The position numbers and the translations under genes were made by a program. A stretch of 47,751 nt of DNA from an uncultured Thermoanaerobaculia bacterium (GTDB lineage: Bacteria; Acidobacteriota; Thermoanaerobaculia; Multivoradales; JAHEKO01): the NCBI GenBank assembly GCA_964469055.1, contig CAYXXN010000002.1:1-47751 (forward strand), read 5' to 3'. The notes under the pieces are model-generated. The model made no database searches. It was not told where the DNA came from and saw only the letters and a list, made by a program, of their open reading frames with translations. Within the stretch, counting starts at the first letter, position 1; each line of letters begins with the position of its first letter. This document shows, in pieces, positions 8,901 through 17,115 of the stretch.

Positions 8901-9031
8901 CCTTCTACCTGCTCGCCGACCGCGCAAAGCGCCGGCTGGCCGCCGGCCGGTGGCCCGACGCTGAGGAGCCCGAGATGGCCCCGCCGGAAGAGGGGGCGGC
9001 CGACTCGGCCCTCCCGGAAGCCGTGGCCTAG
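5897..9031 (+). CDS. efflux RND transporter permease (AcrB/HAE-type)
   Basis: 1044 aa, 12 TM helices with two large periplasmic loops. N-terminus CIKKPVLAWMLM and the VVDDAIMVLENI motif are typical of AcrB-family pumps. Confidence 0.93.
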   Translation: MNLTEACIKKPVLAWMLMAGTVVFGLVAATRIGISQLPDVDLPTLNVSVGWEGAAPEVIENDVIEPLEEALVQVEGVKSITSTSRQGSGSVTLELVLSRDVDLALQDVTAKVQQAQRQLPREIDPPVISKSNPEDNPIMWVGLAGPFPQKVLADYARYRVKERLQGIPGVGEITESGSVERNVRIWIDAAALDAQNLTVTDVVRALQAQHIELPAGRMETTGREVAVRVLGEAVDLETLRGIIVREDSRGTVALSDVALVEDGFADIRRLSRANGSPAQGLGIRKQRGANAVAVARAVRAELARLQTTLPEGMELGLNFDSTRFIEESVREIEFELVLAVLLTALVCWMFLGSFSSTLNVVLAIPMSLFGAVAVIYFLGFTLNTFTLLALGLAVGIVVDDAIMVLENIQRHAEMGKSRVAAAREGTREITFAALAATLAICAIFIPVVFMRGIVGKFFLQFGVTLCLTVLLSYLEAVTLAPARCSQMLDVSRQTRSRLGRSVDRAFTALERGYARVLPWVLGRPLQVVLGGAALFLVSLLVFRALPKEMVPSQDQGRTLVRLQAAVGSDLQETDRMVRRAEDWVLERPDIQRVYAVVGGFGGGGGAINNGMLFITMKPVGERETTQRDLVSGIRREFNSWPGVRAVVQDLSQQGFTAQRGFPVEFSVRGGDWQQLIETSQDLMGELAASGLVVDLDTDYQVGVPELRILPERARAADLGVSIEDVATTLNALVGGVRVGKYSDGGRRFDVRLRLLAEQRSRPEDIARLKLRTASGELVPLSSLVASEELPALQAITRRDRERAITVFANVAPGASQDAALARVEELADDLPVGVRVVLAGASVAFRESMSSLLFALLLGIVVAYMILGAQFNSFLHPITVLTILPLSVAGAAFALWVTGRSLNIFSMIGLLLLMGIVKKNSIILVDYTNQQRELGSSARQALLTAGPVRLRPILMTSVATMMAAVPVALGLGAGSETRAPMALAVLGGLVLSTALSLLVVPAFYLLADRAKRRLAAGRWPDAEEPEMAPPEEGAADSALPEAVA

Positions 9032-9041
9032 AGCGCCGGGT

Positions 9042-10079
9042 TCAGAGATCGAGACGGCCCTGTCGCTCCGCCTCGGTGGGGAGGTCCTCGGCGGAGTCAC
9101 CCGCTGCGGCGCCCGGCGCGGGTGGCAGCAGCAGGTAGCGGCCGAAGCCCCGCACGTAGCGCAGGCCTCCTCCGTCGTCGCGGGCCCGCCGCAGCTGAGC
9201 GAGCTTCGAGTCGAGATCGTCGATGAAGTGCAGCGCGATCGCTTCGGCGGTCATCGGCTCCACCGGCGAGCCGAATTCGAGCTGGCCCTGGTGGGAGAGC
9301 ACCAGGTGCTCGAGCAGGAGCCGCAGCTCCGAGGGAAAATCCGGAAGCGCCGCGCAACGCTCGCGCAGCAGGTCCCGGCCGAGCACGACGTGGCCCACGA
9401 GACGGCCGACGTCGGTGTAGTCGTTGGCGGGCATCGCGCCCAGCTCGTCCAGCTTGCCGAGGTCGTGGAAGAGGACGCCGACGAGGAGCAGGTCGAGATC
9501 CAGCTCGGGGTACTGCGCGGCCAGTCGCACCGCGAGCTCGGCCATCGACACGACGTGCTCGAGCAGACCGCCCCGGTAGGCGTGGTGGATGGTCTTGGCG
9601 GCCGGGTGCTCGCGCAGCCGATCGCCGTGGGCCGCCAGCGTCTCTGCGGCGAGCCGTCGCAGGATGGGGCGCGCGATGCGCTCGTCGAGGAGCCCCTCCA
9701 AACGGCGCCAGAGCTCGCCGATGTCCTCCTTGGTCGTCGGGATGAGGCGCGTTTCGTCGAAGCCCAAGCGCCGGTCGTCGTCCACCGCTCGCCGACACCG
9801 GGTGAGGCTCACCTGCAGCTGGTTGCGGTAGTTCTTGACGGTGCCCTCGAAGGCGACGAAGTCGTGGCTCTCGAAATCGCCCTCGAGGGCCCGGCTGTCC
9901 GACCACACCTTGCCGATGATCGAGCCGCTGGCGTCGGCCAACTCGAGGTCGAGGTAGCTCTTGCCGGTGCGGTCCTGGCGCGACTCCTTGCGGGCGAGCA
10001 GAGCGAAGCCGGTGACGGCGTCGCCGTCCTGCCAGGAGGCGATGGGCTCGTTGTTGCGGCGGGCCATGCGGTGCGCCAA
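9042..10079 (-). CDS. OB-fold + HD-domain phosphohydrolase (YhaM-like 3'-5' exoribonuclease family)
   Basis: N-terminal OB fold (YLDLELADASGSIIGKVW) followed by an HD domain (HHAYRGGLLEHV, LFHDLGK). The longest ORF starts at TTG 10079. ATG 10066 is more likely, because a TATAGT -10-like box overlaps the TTG. Confidence 0.78.
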   Translation of the reverse strand: MAHRMARRNNEPIASWQDGDAVTGFALLARKESRQDRTGKSYLDLELADASGSIIGKVWSDSRALEGDFESHDFVAFEGTVKNYRNQLQVSLTRCRRAVDDDRRLGFDETRLIPTTKEDIGELWRRLEGLLDERIARPILRRLAAETLAAHGDRLREHPAAKTIHHAYRGGLLEHVVSMAELAVRLAAQYPELDLDLLLVGVLFHDLGKLDELGAMPANDYTDVGRLVGHVVLGRDLLRERCAALPDFPSELRLLLEHLVLSHQGQLEFGSPVEPMTAEAIALHFIDDLDSKLAQLRRARDDGGGLRYVRGFGRYLLLPPAPGAAAGDSAEDLPTEAERQGRLDL

Positions 10080-10150
10080 CTATACCCGCGCCGATCGGCG
10101 GCCTCTGGAGTCGGACGCTGGCAGCCGGCTTGCACGAGGGAACGTCCGCG

Positions 10151-12667
10151 ATGCGCCGGCGGTTCTGGGAGAGCCTGGCCCTTGGAGCCCTGGCGGCCTC
10201 GGCGGCGCTGGCGAGCGGGGATCCCGTGCGCTGGCCGGAGGCGCAGCGCGCCTTCTTTCAGGACGGGCCCGCCCTGCTCTTGGGACGGACCGAACGAGAG
10301 GCCTTCGCCGAACTGGCGGAGGCGCAGCGCGAGGCCTTCCTCGAGCGGTTCTTGAGCGATCCGCTGCCCGCCACGCCCGAGAACGAGTTGCGCGAGGGCA
10401 TCCGCCGGCGTCAGGTCCTGGCGCGGGGAGCGTCGCTCTCGCCGCTCGACGATCGGGCGCGGGTGCTGTTCCTGCACGGCGCGCCGGCCTCGCGCCATCG
10501 GGTGGAGTGCGGCCAGACCTTCGTGCCGCTCGAGATCTGGCGCTACCCGGACCTGCCGCGGCAACTCGTCCTCTACGAGCCGGCCGCGCGACAGGGCTGG
10601 CGGCTGTGGCTGCCGCTCGACTCGAAGCGAGTCCTCTACCACCACGAGATGGCGTACTGGATGGAGCAGTGGGAAGGCTTCCAGGGACCCAAGCCGCCGC
10701 GCTTCGACTTGCGCCTGTGCCCCGACACTCGTGCCCTGGAGGCCGCCACCGGTGTCGAGGGCTTGACGGGTCGTCGGCCGGGCCGGCCCGAGAACGCCGA
10801 GCTCGCGGCCGTGCTGGCGCCACCTGCGGATCTCGGCGAGTGGAGTCGCCGCGCCGCCGCCACCTCCCTGCCGGAGGAGCCGCCCGACCTGCCCGTGCAG
10901 CGGCTCTCCGTGCTCTTCCCGGCCAGCGTGCGGCAGCGCCTCACGACGCGCTTCGTCCTCGAGCTACCCGCCGGCGTCGAGCTCGGAGTCCGTCCGCGGG
11001 AAGGGGCGCCCGAGGGAAGCGACGCCCGCGAGGTGGCGCTCGCCCTGGAAGCCGCGGTCGAGCAGGAAGGTGAGCCCTTCGACAGCTTCCGGGTGCGCTT
11101 CCGGCGCGAGCCGCCCCCAGCCGAGGCACCGGTGGCGCTCGTCGTCGAGCGCCTGCTGCGGCCTGGTCGCGACTACGTCGTCCGCCTGCGGCTCACCGAC
11201 GAGGTGACGGGCGCCGAGATCGTGCTCGCCCAGGGCTTCGCGGCGCCGGCCCAGCCGCAGCCGATCGTCGAGCCGCCGCTGCCGGGCACGGCCATCGTTG
11301 CGCTGGCCGAAGAGCTTGCCGCGACGCCGCTCGCCGGCGCCGACGCCCTGATGCTGGTGCCGCCGCAAGGGGAGTTCCTGGCCGGACCGTGGCGGGCCGA
11401 AGCGGTCGTCACGGGCTCACGCATCGTCGAGGTCGTCTTCCTGGTCGACGGCGAGCGCCAGCTGGCGCGGACCCTCCCACCGTACACCGCCGAGCTGCGG
11501 TTGGACACCTTGCCCAGCATGCAGCTCGTGCGGGCCGAGGGCTACGACGCCGAGGGTCGACTGGTAGCCGCCGACCAGGTCACGCTCAACGAGCCGCGCG
11601 GCGCCTTCGCGGTGCGGATAACGGCGCTCGAGCGCGGCGGCGCCGGCGTCCAGGCGGAGGCCGAGGTCGTCGTCCCCGAGGAGCGACGCCTCGAATGGGT
11701 GGACTTCCTGGTCAATGAGCAGCTGGCGGCGCGGCTCACCGAGCCGCCCTGGGCGGCCGAGCTCGAGCCGCCCGCGGCCGAGGGCCCGACCTTCCTCACG
11801 GTCGTGGCCGAACTCGACGACGGCAGTCGAACCGAGGACGTGCGCTTCCTCGACGCCCCGCGCTTCGGGGCGGCCGTCGAGGTGCGGCTGGTCGAGCTCT
11901 ACGCCACCGTCGTCGATCGCAGTGGCGCCCCCGTGCCGGACCTCGGGGTCAGCGACTTCGAGGTTCTGCAGGACGGGGTACGCCAGGCGCTGGTCAAATG
12001 TGAGCCGGTCGAGGATCTGCCCTTGACGGTCGGCATCGTCGTCGATACCTCGACCTCGATGGCCGCCGCCTTGCCCGAGGCACAGCGCGCCGCCACCGGC
12101 TTCCTCGAGGCCGTCATTCGGCCGCGCGACCGGGTCTTCGTCCTCACCTTCGCCGACCGACCGGTGCTCGCCTTGGCCCCCACCGACGACGTGCGGGCTG
12201 CCGAGGCTGCCCTCAGCGGCCTGCGCTCGCTGGGGTGGACCTCGCTCCATGATGCCGTCGGCGCCGGCCTCCACTTGCTGCGCGGCACGCGCGGACGGCG
12301 CGCTCTGATCCTGCTCTCCGACGGCGACGATACGGCGAGCCAGGCGGCGTTCCGTGATGTGCTCGAGCTCGCTCGCCGGAGCGGCACGGCCGTCTACACG
12401 GTGGGTCTCGGCGTCTCTACCTTGAACCTGGCGGTGCATCGCAAATTGACCTCGCTCGCCGAGGCGACCGGGGGCCGGTCTTTCTTCCCCAGTCTGGCCG
12501 CCGACCTGACCTCGGTCTACGAGCAGATCGAACGCGATCTGCGCAGTCAGTACCTGTTGGCCTTCAGCCCCACTCCGCTGCCGCCCCCGGACGCCGCGCC
12601 GACCCTCGAGGTGCGGGCACGCGGCGGGCGATTGAACGTGCGCACGACCCGCAGCTACGATCCCTGA
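10151..12667 (+). CDS. secreted VWA domain-containing protein (acidobacterial VWFA-related architecture)
   Basis: ATG 10151 gives the signal peptide MRRRFWESLALGALAASAALA, with SD GAGGGA upstream. Degenerate GWxTD-like N-terminal region, two internal Ig-like repeats, and a C-terminal VWA domain (VGIVVDTSTSM MIDAS-like, GWTSLHDAV, ILLSDGDDT). Confidence 0.82.
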   Translation: MRRRFWESLALGALAASAALASGDPVRWPEAQRAFFQDGPALLLGRTEREAFAELAEAQREAFLERFLSDPLPATPENELREGIRRRQVLARGASLSPLDDRARVLFLHGAPASRHRVECGQTFVPLEIWRYPDLPRQLVLYEPAARQGWRLWLPLDSKRVLYHHEMAYWMEQWEGFQGPKPPRFDLRLCPDTRALEAATGVEGLTGRRPGRPENAELAAVLAPPADLGEWSRRAAATSLPEEPPDLPVQRLSVLFPASVRQRLTTRFVLELPAGVELGVRPREGAPEGSDAREVALALEAAVEQEGEPFDSFRVRFRREPPPAEAPVALVVERLLRPGRDYVVRLRLTDEVTGAEIVLAQGFAAPAQPQPIVEPPLPGTAIVALAEELAATPLAGADALMLVPPQGEFLAGPWRAEAVVTGSRIVEVVFLVDGERQLARTLPPYTAELRLDTLPSMQLVRAEGYDAEGRLVAADQVTLNEPRGAFAVRITALERGGAGVQAEAEVVVPEERRLEWVDFLVNEQLAARLTEPPWAAELEPPAAEGPTFLTVVAELDDGSRTEDVRFLDAPRFGAAVEVRLVELYATVVDRSGAPVPDLGVSDFEVLQDGVRQALVKCEPVEDLPLTVGIVVDTSTSMAAALPEAQRAATGFLEAVIRPRDRVFVLTFADRPVLALAPTDDVRAAEAALSGLRSLGWTSLHDAVGAGLHLLRGTRGRRALILLSDGDDTASQAAFRDVLELARRSGTAVYTVGLGVSTLNLAVHRKLTSLAEATGGRSFFPSLAADLTSVYEQIERDLRSQYLLAFSPTPLPPPDAAPTLEVRARGGRLNVRTTRSYDP

Positions 12668-12668
12668 G

Positions 12669-13337
12669 ATGAGCGACGCCGGACGCCGTCGGGCGCTGGG
12701 CTGGCTAGTGCTCGCCCTGGGAGCGGGCGGGGCAGCCGGGCTGGCGCGCAGCATCGAGTTCCCGCGGCTCAACCAGACCTATACCAACCTGGCGCCGGAG
12801 ATCGCGCCCTTCTCGAGCGGCGGGCTCAACGTCCGCTTGCGCTCGCCCGCCAACAGCGTCACGGTGCGATCGCATCGACTCGAGCTCGATCCGCTGCCGG
12901 ACGGCACGGTCCGCTTCGTGGTCACCGCCTCGGTGCTCGGCAAGGCCCAGCTCGTGGCCGAGCTCGACGCCGGAGGCATTCCGGCCGAGCTGGCCGACGA
13001 GGTCCTGCTGCCGATCCAGGACGTCGAGGTCACGGGGCGCGCCGAGGTGCGGCGCACGGCGGACGGCTACGAGGTCTTGCCACGGGAACTCCCCTCGCAT
13101 GTCACCTTGGCCGTGCAGAGCCGCCTCGGGGGCCAGCTCGTCACCTGGTGCGACTTGTCGTCGATCCTCCTTCCCGGCCTCGAGTGCGGCGGTCTCGACC
13201 AAGCCCTGTCGCGACTGAGCTTGCCCTTGCCCCCTCCGGGCGAGACCTACTTCCTCGAGGCGAGTCGCCTGCTCCCCGAAGAGCAGGCGACCCTCGACGC
13301 CGCACTCGGCGCCGCGCCGCCACCCGCCGCCGACTAG
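12669..13337 (+). CDS. hypothetical exported/membrane-anchored protein
   Basis: 222 aa. ATG lies 1 nt after the VWA stop (TGAGATG). N-terminal hydrophobic anchor LGWLVLALGAGGAAGL. High GC3. No recognisable family. Confidence 0.6.
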   Translation: MSDAGRRRALGWLVLALGAGGAAGLARSIEFPRLNQTYTNLAPEIAPFSSGGLNVRLRSPANSVTVRSHRLELDPLPDGTVRFVVTASVLGKAQLVAELDAGGIPAELADEVLLPIQDVEVTGRAEVRRTADGYEVLPRELPSHVTLAVQSRLGGQLVTWCDLSSILLPGLECGGLDQALSRLSLPLPPPGETYFLEASRLLPEEQATLDAALGAAPPPAAD

Positions 13338-13340
13338 GGG

Positions 13341-16300
13341 CTACCGGGCGATCCCCAGCCGGGTCGCCGCCTCGACGAGCTCGCGGTTGGCGGGCACCTC
13401 GAGCAGGAAGCGGTGCCGCAGCTCGGGCGCCAGGTGGCCGGCCTTGGCGAGCGCCTGCTCGTAGGCCCGCTCGAGATAGGGGCGGGCCTCCTCGGCTGGG
13501 ATCTGGCGCGCGGCGAGCCAGTCCAGCCCGCGGAAGATCCGATAGTCGAGCCGTTCGCCGAGCTCGGGACGTACGAGGTGAGCGCGGCGCTCGACCAAGG
13601 TGCGCAGCGAGCGCTCCGCCGCGCTGGGCTGCTCGGTCGAAAGCGCCGCCTCGAGCAGCCAGACATCGTCGAAGGCGGCGGCCTCGAACTCCTCGCTCCG
13701 CAGGTGCGCCTCCCGAGCGGCGGCGAGGTGCTGGCGCGCCTCGTCGAAGTGACGGCGCCGGAGTTGGATCCGCCCCAGGAGTTGATCGGCGTCGGCAACG
13801 AGGCTCGTGAAGGACAGCATCTCGAGCTCGAAGCGCGCCCGACCCGCCTCCTCGAAGGCGCGATCGTCTTGCCCCAGGTCGAAGAGGTTCTGGGCGAGCG
13901 CCAGCCGGGCGATGGTCGCCCCCGGCCGGTCCTCGCGCGATTCCCGCAGCTCGCGCGCCTCGCGCAGCAGAGGAGTGGCGGCGACGGCATCGCCGATGCG
14001 GCCGAGCACCCGCGCCTTGCCGAGCAGGGCATAGGCGAGCTCCCGCCCACCGGTCGGCGAGCTGCTGGCCAGGCCGACGGCTTCGTCGTAGTACTGCAAC
14101 GCCTTCGGATAGTTGCCCAGGGCCGCCGAGAGCGATCCGAGCGCCGTGAGACAGGCGCAAGTGTCCAGGGTCAGACCCAGCTCGCGTCGCACCTCCAGAG
14201 CCGCCCCGTGGTGGGCGAGCGCCTCCGGCAGCCGATGCGCGCGACGGGCCAGGTTGCCGAGGTGGTAACGACAGGTCGCCGCCATCTCGCGGAAGCCCTG
14301 TCGCTCGAGCGCCGGGTAGAGCTCCTCGAAGAGCCGCTCGGAGTCGGCGAAGCGCCCCGCCTGCTGGTAGATGCGGCCGAGGCGAATCATCAAGGAGGCC
14401 CGGCGCTCGGGGCGCGGCAGCGACCGGGTCGCTTCCAGCGCGGCGAGCAGGGTGCGCTCGGCGTCGCGGTAGTGCCCCGCCTCCTGCTCGCACTCCGCCT
14501 TCAAGTTGACGAGAGCCAGGTAGCGCTCCGGCTCGTCGCGCACCAGGTCGAGCGCCCGCTCGAGGTCGGCCCCGAACTCTTGCACCCGGCCCAGCCGGCG
14601 AGAGGTCTGGAACAGGCGCCAGAGCAGGAGCAGCTCGGTCTCCCGATCGGCGCCGCGCTCCCGCAGCGCCGCCAGCTCCTCGACCAGCGCCGTCAGCACT
14701 TCCCCGTCCGCCGGCTCGCCGGCGCCGCGCACGCTCTGCAGCAGCGGCTGCACGGCCTGGGGTGTCCCCTTGAGCAGCTGGTAGGCCTGCCAGGCGGACC
14801 CCCCGTCGACGAGCGCCGCCGCCAGATGGGTGCCCAGCCGGTGACGCAGCTGGCGGGCGCTCTCTGCAGTCAGGCCGAACTCGAGAGCTCGACCGTAAGC
14901 GGGGCAGGCGATCTCGAGGCCCAGCCCCCAGGAGCCCGGCACGCGGCGGGCGAGACCGGAGGTGGCCGCGACTTGTTCCCAGCTCGGCCCACGGCCGGCG
15001 GCCGGGCCGAGCGCCGCGTCGAGCTCTTGCGGCGGCACGCTGGTTTGCGCTACGGCCAGGGCGAAGAGCTGCGGGGAGAGGGCGAGGCGACCGGCCTCGG
15101 CCAGCAGGTGCGCGATCAGCCGGCTGGAGGGGCGGTACGGCGGGGCCTCGCCCTCATCGCCGGCGTAGGAGATCGTGCCCCAGCTGCGGCGCAGGCGTTG
15201 GGCCCGCGCCAGGGCGGCGAGGCCCTCCTCGAGGGCGAAGGGGTGGCCGGCCGTCGCTCGACACCAGGGCTCGAGCACCGCGGTGGGGACGGACCAGCCG
15301 CGGGTCAGCTCGACGGCGAACCGCCGATGCTCCTCCGGCTCGAGAGGCCCGACCCAGATCTGCGAGGCGGCGTCGAAGGGTGGGGCAGGGGGCGCTCCGG
15401 GCCGCCCGACCAGCCACATGCGGATGGACTCCCCCGCCAGTTCCGCGAGGGCGGTCACCAGCTCCAAGTCCTCGCCCTCGAGCTTCTCGGCGTCGTCGCA
15501 GACCAGGACGATCGCCTGGTGGGTGGCCTTGGCCGCCAGGGTCAACATCTCGGCCAGGGTCGGTGCGGCCCGTGCGTCGCGCTCCTCTAGCCAGCGCTCG
15601 GCGGCGCGCTGGCGGTCCGCCTCGCTGGCGAACTGCGGGGCGCCCGGACGGGCCGGGGCCGTCGACGCCAGCAGGTCACGGGCGATCTGCCAGGCGAGCG
15701 ACGGACCCTGGCGAACGGGTTGGGCCCGCAAGCTCAGGTGAGCGATCCCCTGACGGTTCAAGATCTCGTGGACGAGCCGAGTCTTGCCGCAGCCGAGCGG
15801 ACCGTTGACCCGCAGAACGGGCTCGTGGGCGCGATCGAGGAGCCGCTCCTCGGTCTCCGGCCGCGGCAGCCACGGCACGCGCCGGCCGAGCAGCTCGGAG
15901 TTGCGCCACGGGGCGCTGCGTTCCGCCGGGCCCTCGGCCTTGAGCAGGGGTACCTCCTTGCCCGATCGGCGTCGATAGGCCGCCTGCGGGGTCAAGCGCC
16001 AGGCGTCCTCCAACATGACGGCGACGTAGCCCGTCATCCAGACGCTGCCACCGTCGATCGCCGGCGGGGCCGCACGCAGGTCCTCGTCCAGCTCGTCGGC
16101 CGTCTGGCGGACCTGGCCGTCGATCAACTCGAGTTCGGCCGGCGAGACGAAGAGCCGCAGGCTTTCGCGCCGTTGAGGGCCGGCGCGGCCGGCCTCGTTG
16201 AGCAGCCGGCCGCCGTAGGAGAGGGCGGCGTCGAAGACGGCAGGATCGCCGGCTTGCGGCACCCAGGCCAGCACCCCGTCGGCCAGTGAGACCGGGCCCT

Positions 16301-16433
16301 CTCCGTCGCGCGACGGCTCCAGGAGGGGAGCCGAGCGCCCGAAGGCCCGCAGCAGCGATGAGGGCGCGCGAAAGGCGAGGGTGATCTCTGCCAACGGCCT
16401 CCTACCTGGCCCGACGGCGGCGAGAGACGTCAT
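13341..16433 (-). CDS. STAND/AAA+ ATPase with C-terminal TPR repeats (large regulatory NTPase)
   Basis: Walker A GPLGCGKT and Walker B IVLVCDDAEKL, followed by about 400 aa of TPR-like repeats (repeating Y..A/G..Y..AL pattern). The N-terminal ~200 aa are of unclear fold. ATG 16433 is preferred; the longest ORF extends to TTG 16517 with a low-complexity extension. Confidence 0.8.
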   Translation of the reverse strand: MTSLAAVGPGRRPLAEITLAFRAPSSLLRAFGRSAPLLEPSRDGEGPVSLADGVLAWVPQAGDPAVFDAALSYGGRLLNEAGRAGPQRRESLRLFVSPAELELIDGQVRQTADELDEDLRAAPPAIDGGSVWMTGYVAVMLEDAWRLTPQAAYRRRSGKEVPLLKAEGPAERSAPWRNSELLGRRVPWLPRPETEERLLDRAHEPVLRVNGPLGCGKTRLVHEILNRQGIAHLSLRAQPVRQGPSLAWQIARDLLASTAPARPGAPQFASEADRQRAAERWLEERDARAAPTLAEMLTLAAKATHQAIVLVCDDAEKLEGEDLELVTALAELAGESIRMWLVGRPGAPPAPPFDAASQIWVGPLEPEEHRRFAVELTRGWSVPTAVLEPWCRATAGHPFALEEGLAALARAQRLRRSWGTISYAGDEGEAPPYRPSSRLIAHLLAEAGRLALSPQLFALAVAQTSVPPQELDAALGPAAGRGPSWEQVAATSGLARRVPGSWGLGLEIACPAYGRALEFGLTAESARQLRHRLGTHLAAALVDGGSAWQAYQLLKGTPQAVQPLLQSVRGAGEPADGEVLTALVEELAALRERGADRETELLLLWRLFQTSRRLGRVQEFGADLERALDLVRDEPERYLALVNLKAECEQEAGHYRDAERTLLAALEATRSLPRPERRASLMIRLGRIYQQAGRFADSERLFEELYPALERQGFREMAATCRYHLGNLARRAHRLPEALAHHGAALEVRRELGLTLDTCACLTALGSLSAALGNYPKALQYYDEAVGLASSSPTGGRELAYALLGKARVLGRIGDAVAATPLLREARELRESREDRPGATIARLALAQNLFDLGQDDRAFEEAGRARFELEMLSFTSLVADADQLLGRIQLRRRHFDEARQHLAAAREAHLRSEEFEAAAFDDVWLLEAALSTEQPSAAERSLRTLVERRAHLVRPELGERLDYRIFRGLDWLAARQIPAEEARPYLERAYEQALAKAGHLAPELRHRFLLEVPANRELVEAATRLGIAR

Positions 16434-16451
16434 TCTAAACCGCCGGGCTCC

Positions 16452-16460
16452 TGATAGACT
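16452..16460 (+). promoter_or_regulatory. extended -10 promoter candidate (TGaTAGACT)
   Basis: TG-n-TAGACT in an otherwise GC-rich intergenic region, about 87 nt upstream of ATG 16548. The same 9-mer occurs at 44818-44826. Confidence 0.3.
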
Positions 16461-16547
16461 CGGCCCGTCTCCGCCGGCCTCACCGGCCGCGGCGGCACCC
16501 ACCACCAGCGGAGTCAACGGTTCCGGTCAGCAGGGAGCGTCGATCAC

Positions 16548-17093
16548 ATGTCGAGTCGAGTTCGTCAGAGCCTCTACTACTTCACGGTCGAGGACGAGAG
16601 CATGCTCGCCGAGTCTTTTCCGCAGTTCGAGGACGAGGGTCTCGCCATCACCTACAAGGTCGCCGGTACCGAGGACGTGTTCGTCACCACGGCCGATACT
16701 CGCGAGGCCATGGATCGCCACGACGTGCCGTACACGTTGCTGGCAGAGGAGGCTGGCGAGCGCGTCGCCATCCACCATTCGGTGCTCTCGCGCGAGGAAC
16801 TGGGTGACTTCGAGGCGGCCCTGAAGGCCCTCGCGCTCGCCTATCGTGCCATCGCGATGGCGTGCGTCGGCGTCAATGGGGAGACTGGCTTTGGCTTCGA
16901 GAGAGGCGAGGGGCTGCGTCGCTACACCTACTTCACGGCGCCGGCGGGCCACACCTTCATCTGGCGTCTCTTCTATCGCCGCGAGGAGGCGGAGGCCTTC
17001 CTCGCGAAGACCATGGACGGCGATCGCGAGGCCCTCACCTGGGCCCGGTCGATCCCGCTGCAGTCCTCCGACGAGCTCGCCGGCTATCACTGA
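16548..17093 (+). CDS. hypothetical cytoplasmic acidic protein
   Basis: 181 aa. SD AGGGAG 10 nt upstream. No TM helix or signal. No family recognised. More T-ending codons than its neighbours, by eye. Confidence 0.6.
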   Translation: MSSRVRQSLYYFTVEDESMLAESFPQFEDEGLAITYKVAGTEDVFVTTADTREAMDRHDVPYTLLAEEAGERVAIHHSVLSREELGDFEAALKALALAYRAIAMACVGVNGETGFGFERGEGLRRYTYFTAPAGHTFIWRLFYRREEAEAFLAKTMDGDREALTWARSIPLQSSDELAGYH

Positions 17094-17115
17094 GCGTCTC
17101 TTCCTCCCGGGCGAG

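Noticed and set aside
13341-16433. STAND/AAA+ TPR ATPase, considered as an Avs-like antiphage defence gene.
   Set aside because: I recognised no nuclease, protease, TIR, SIR2 or other effector domain. The flanking genes are housekeeping, with no mobile-element or defence-island context. The call stays as a regulatory NTPase of unknown function.
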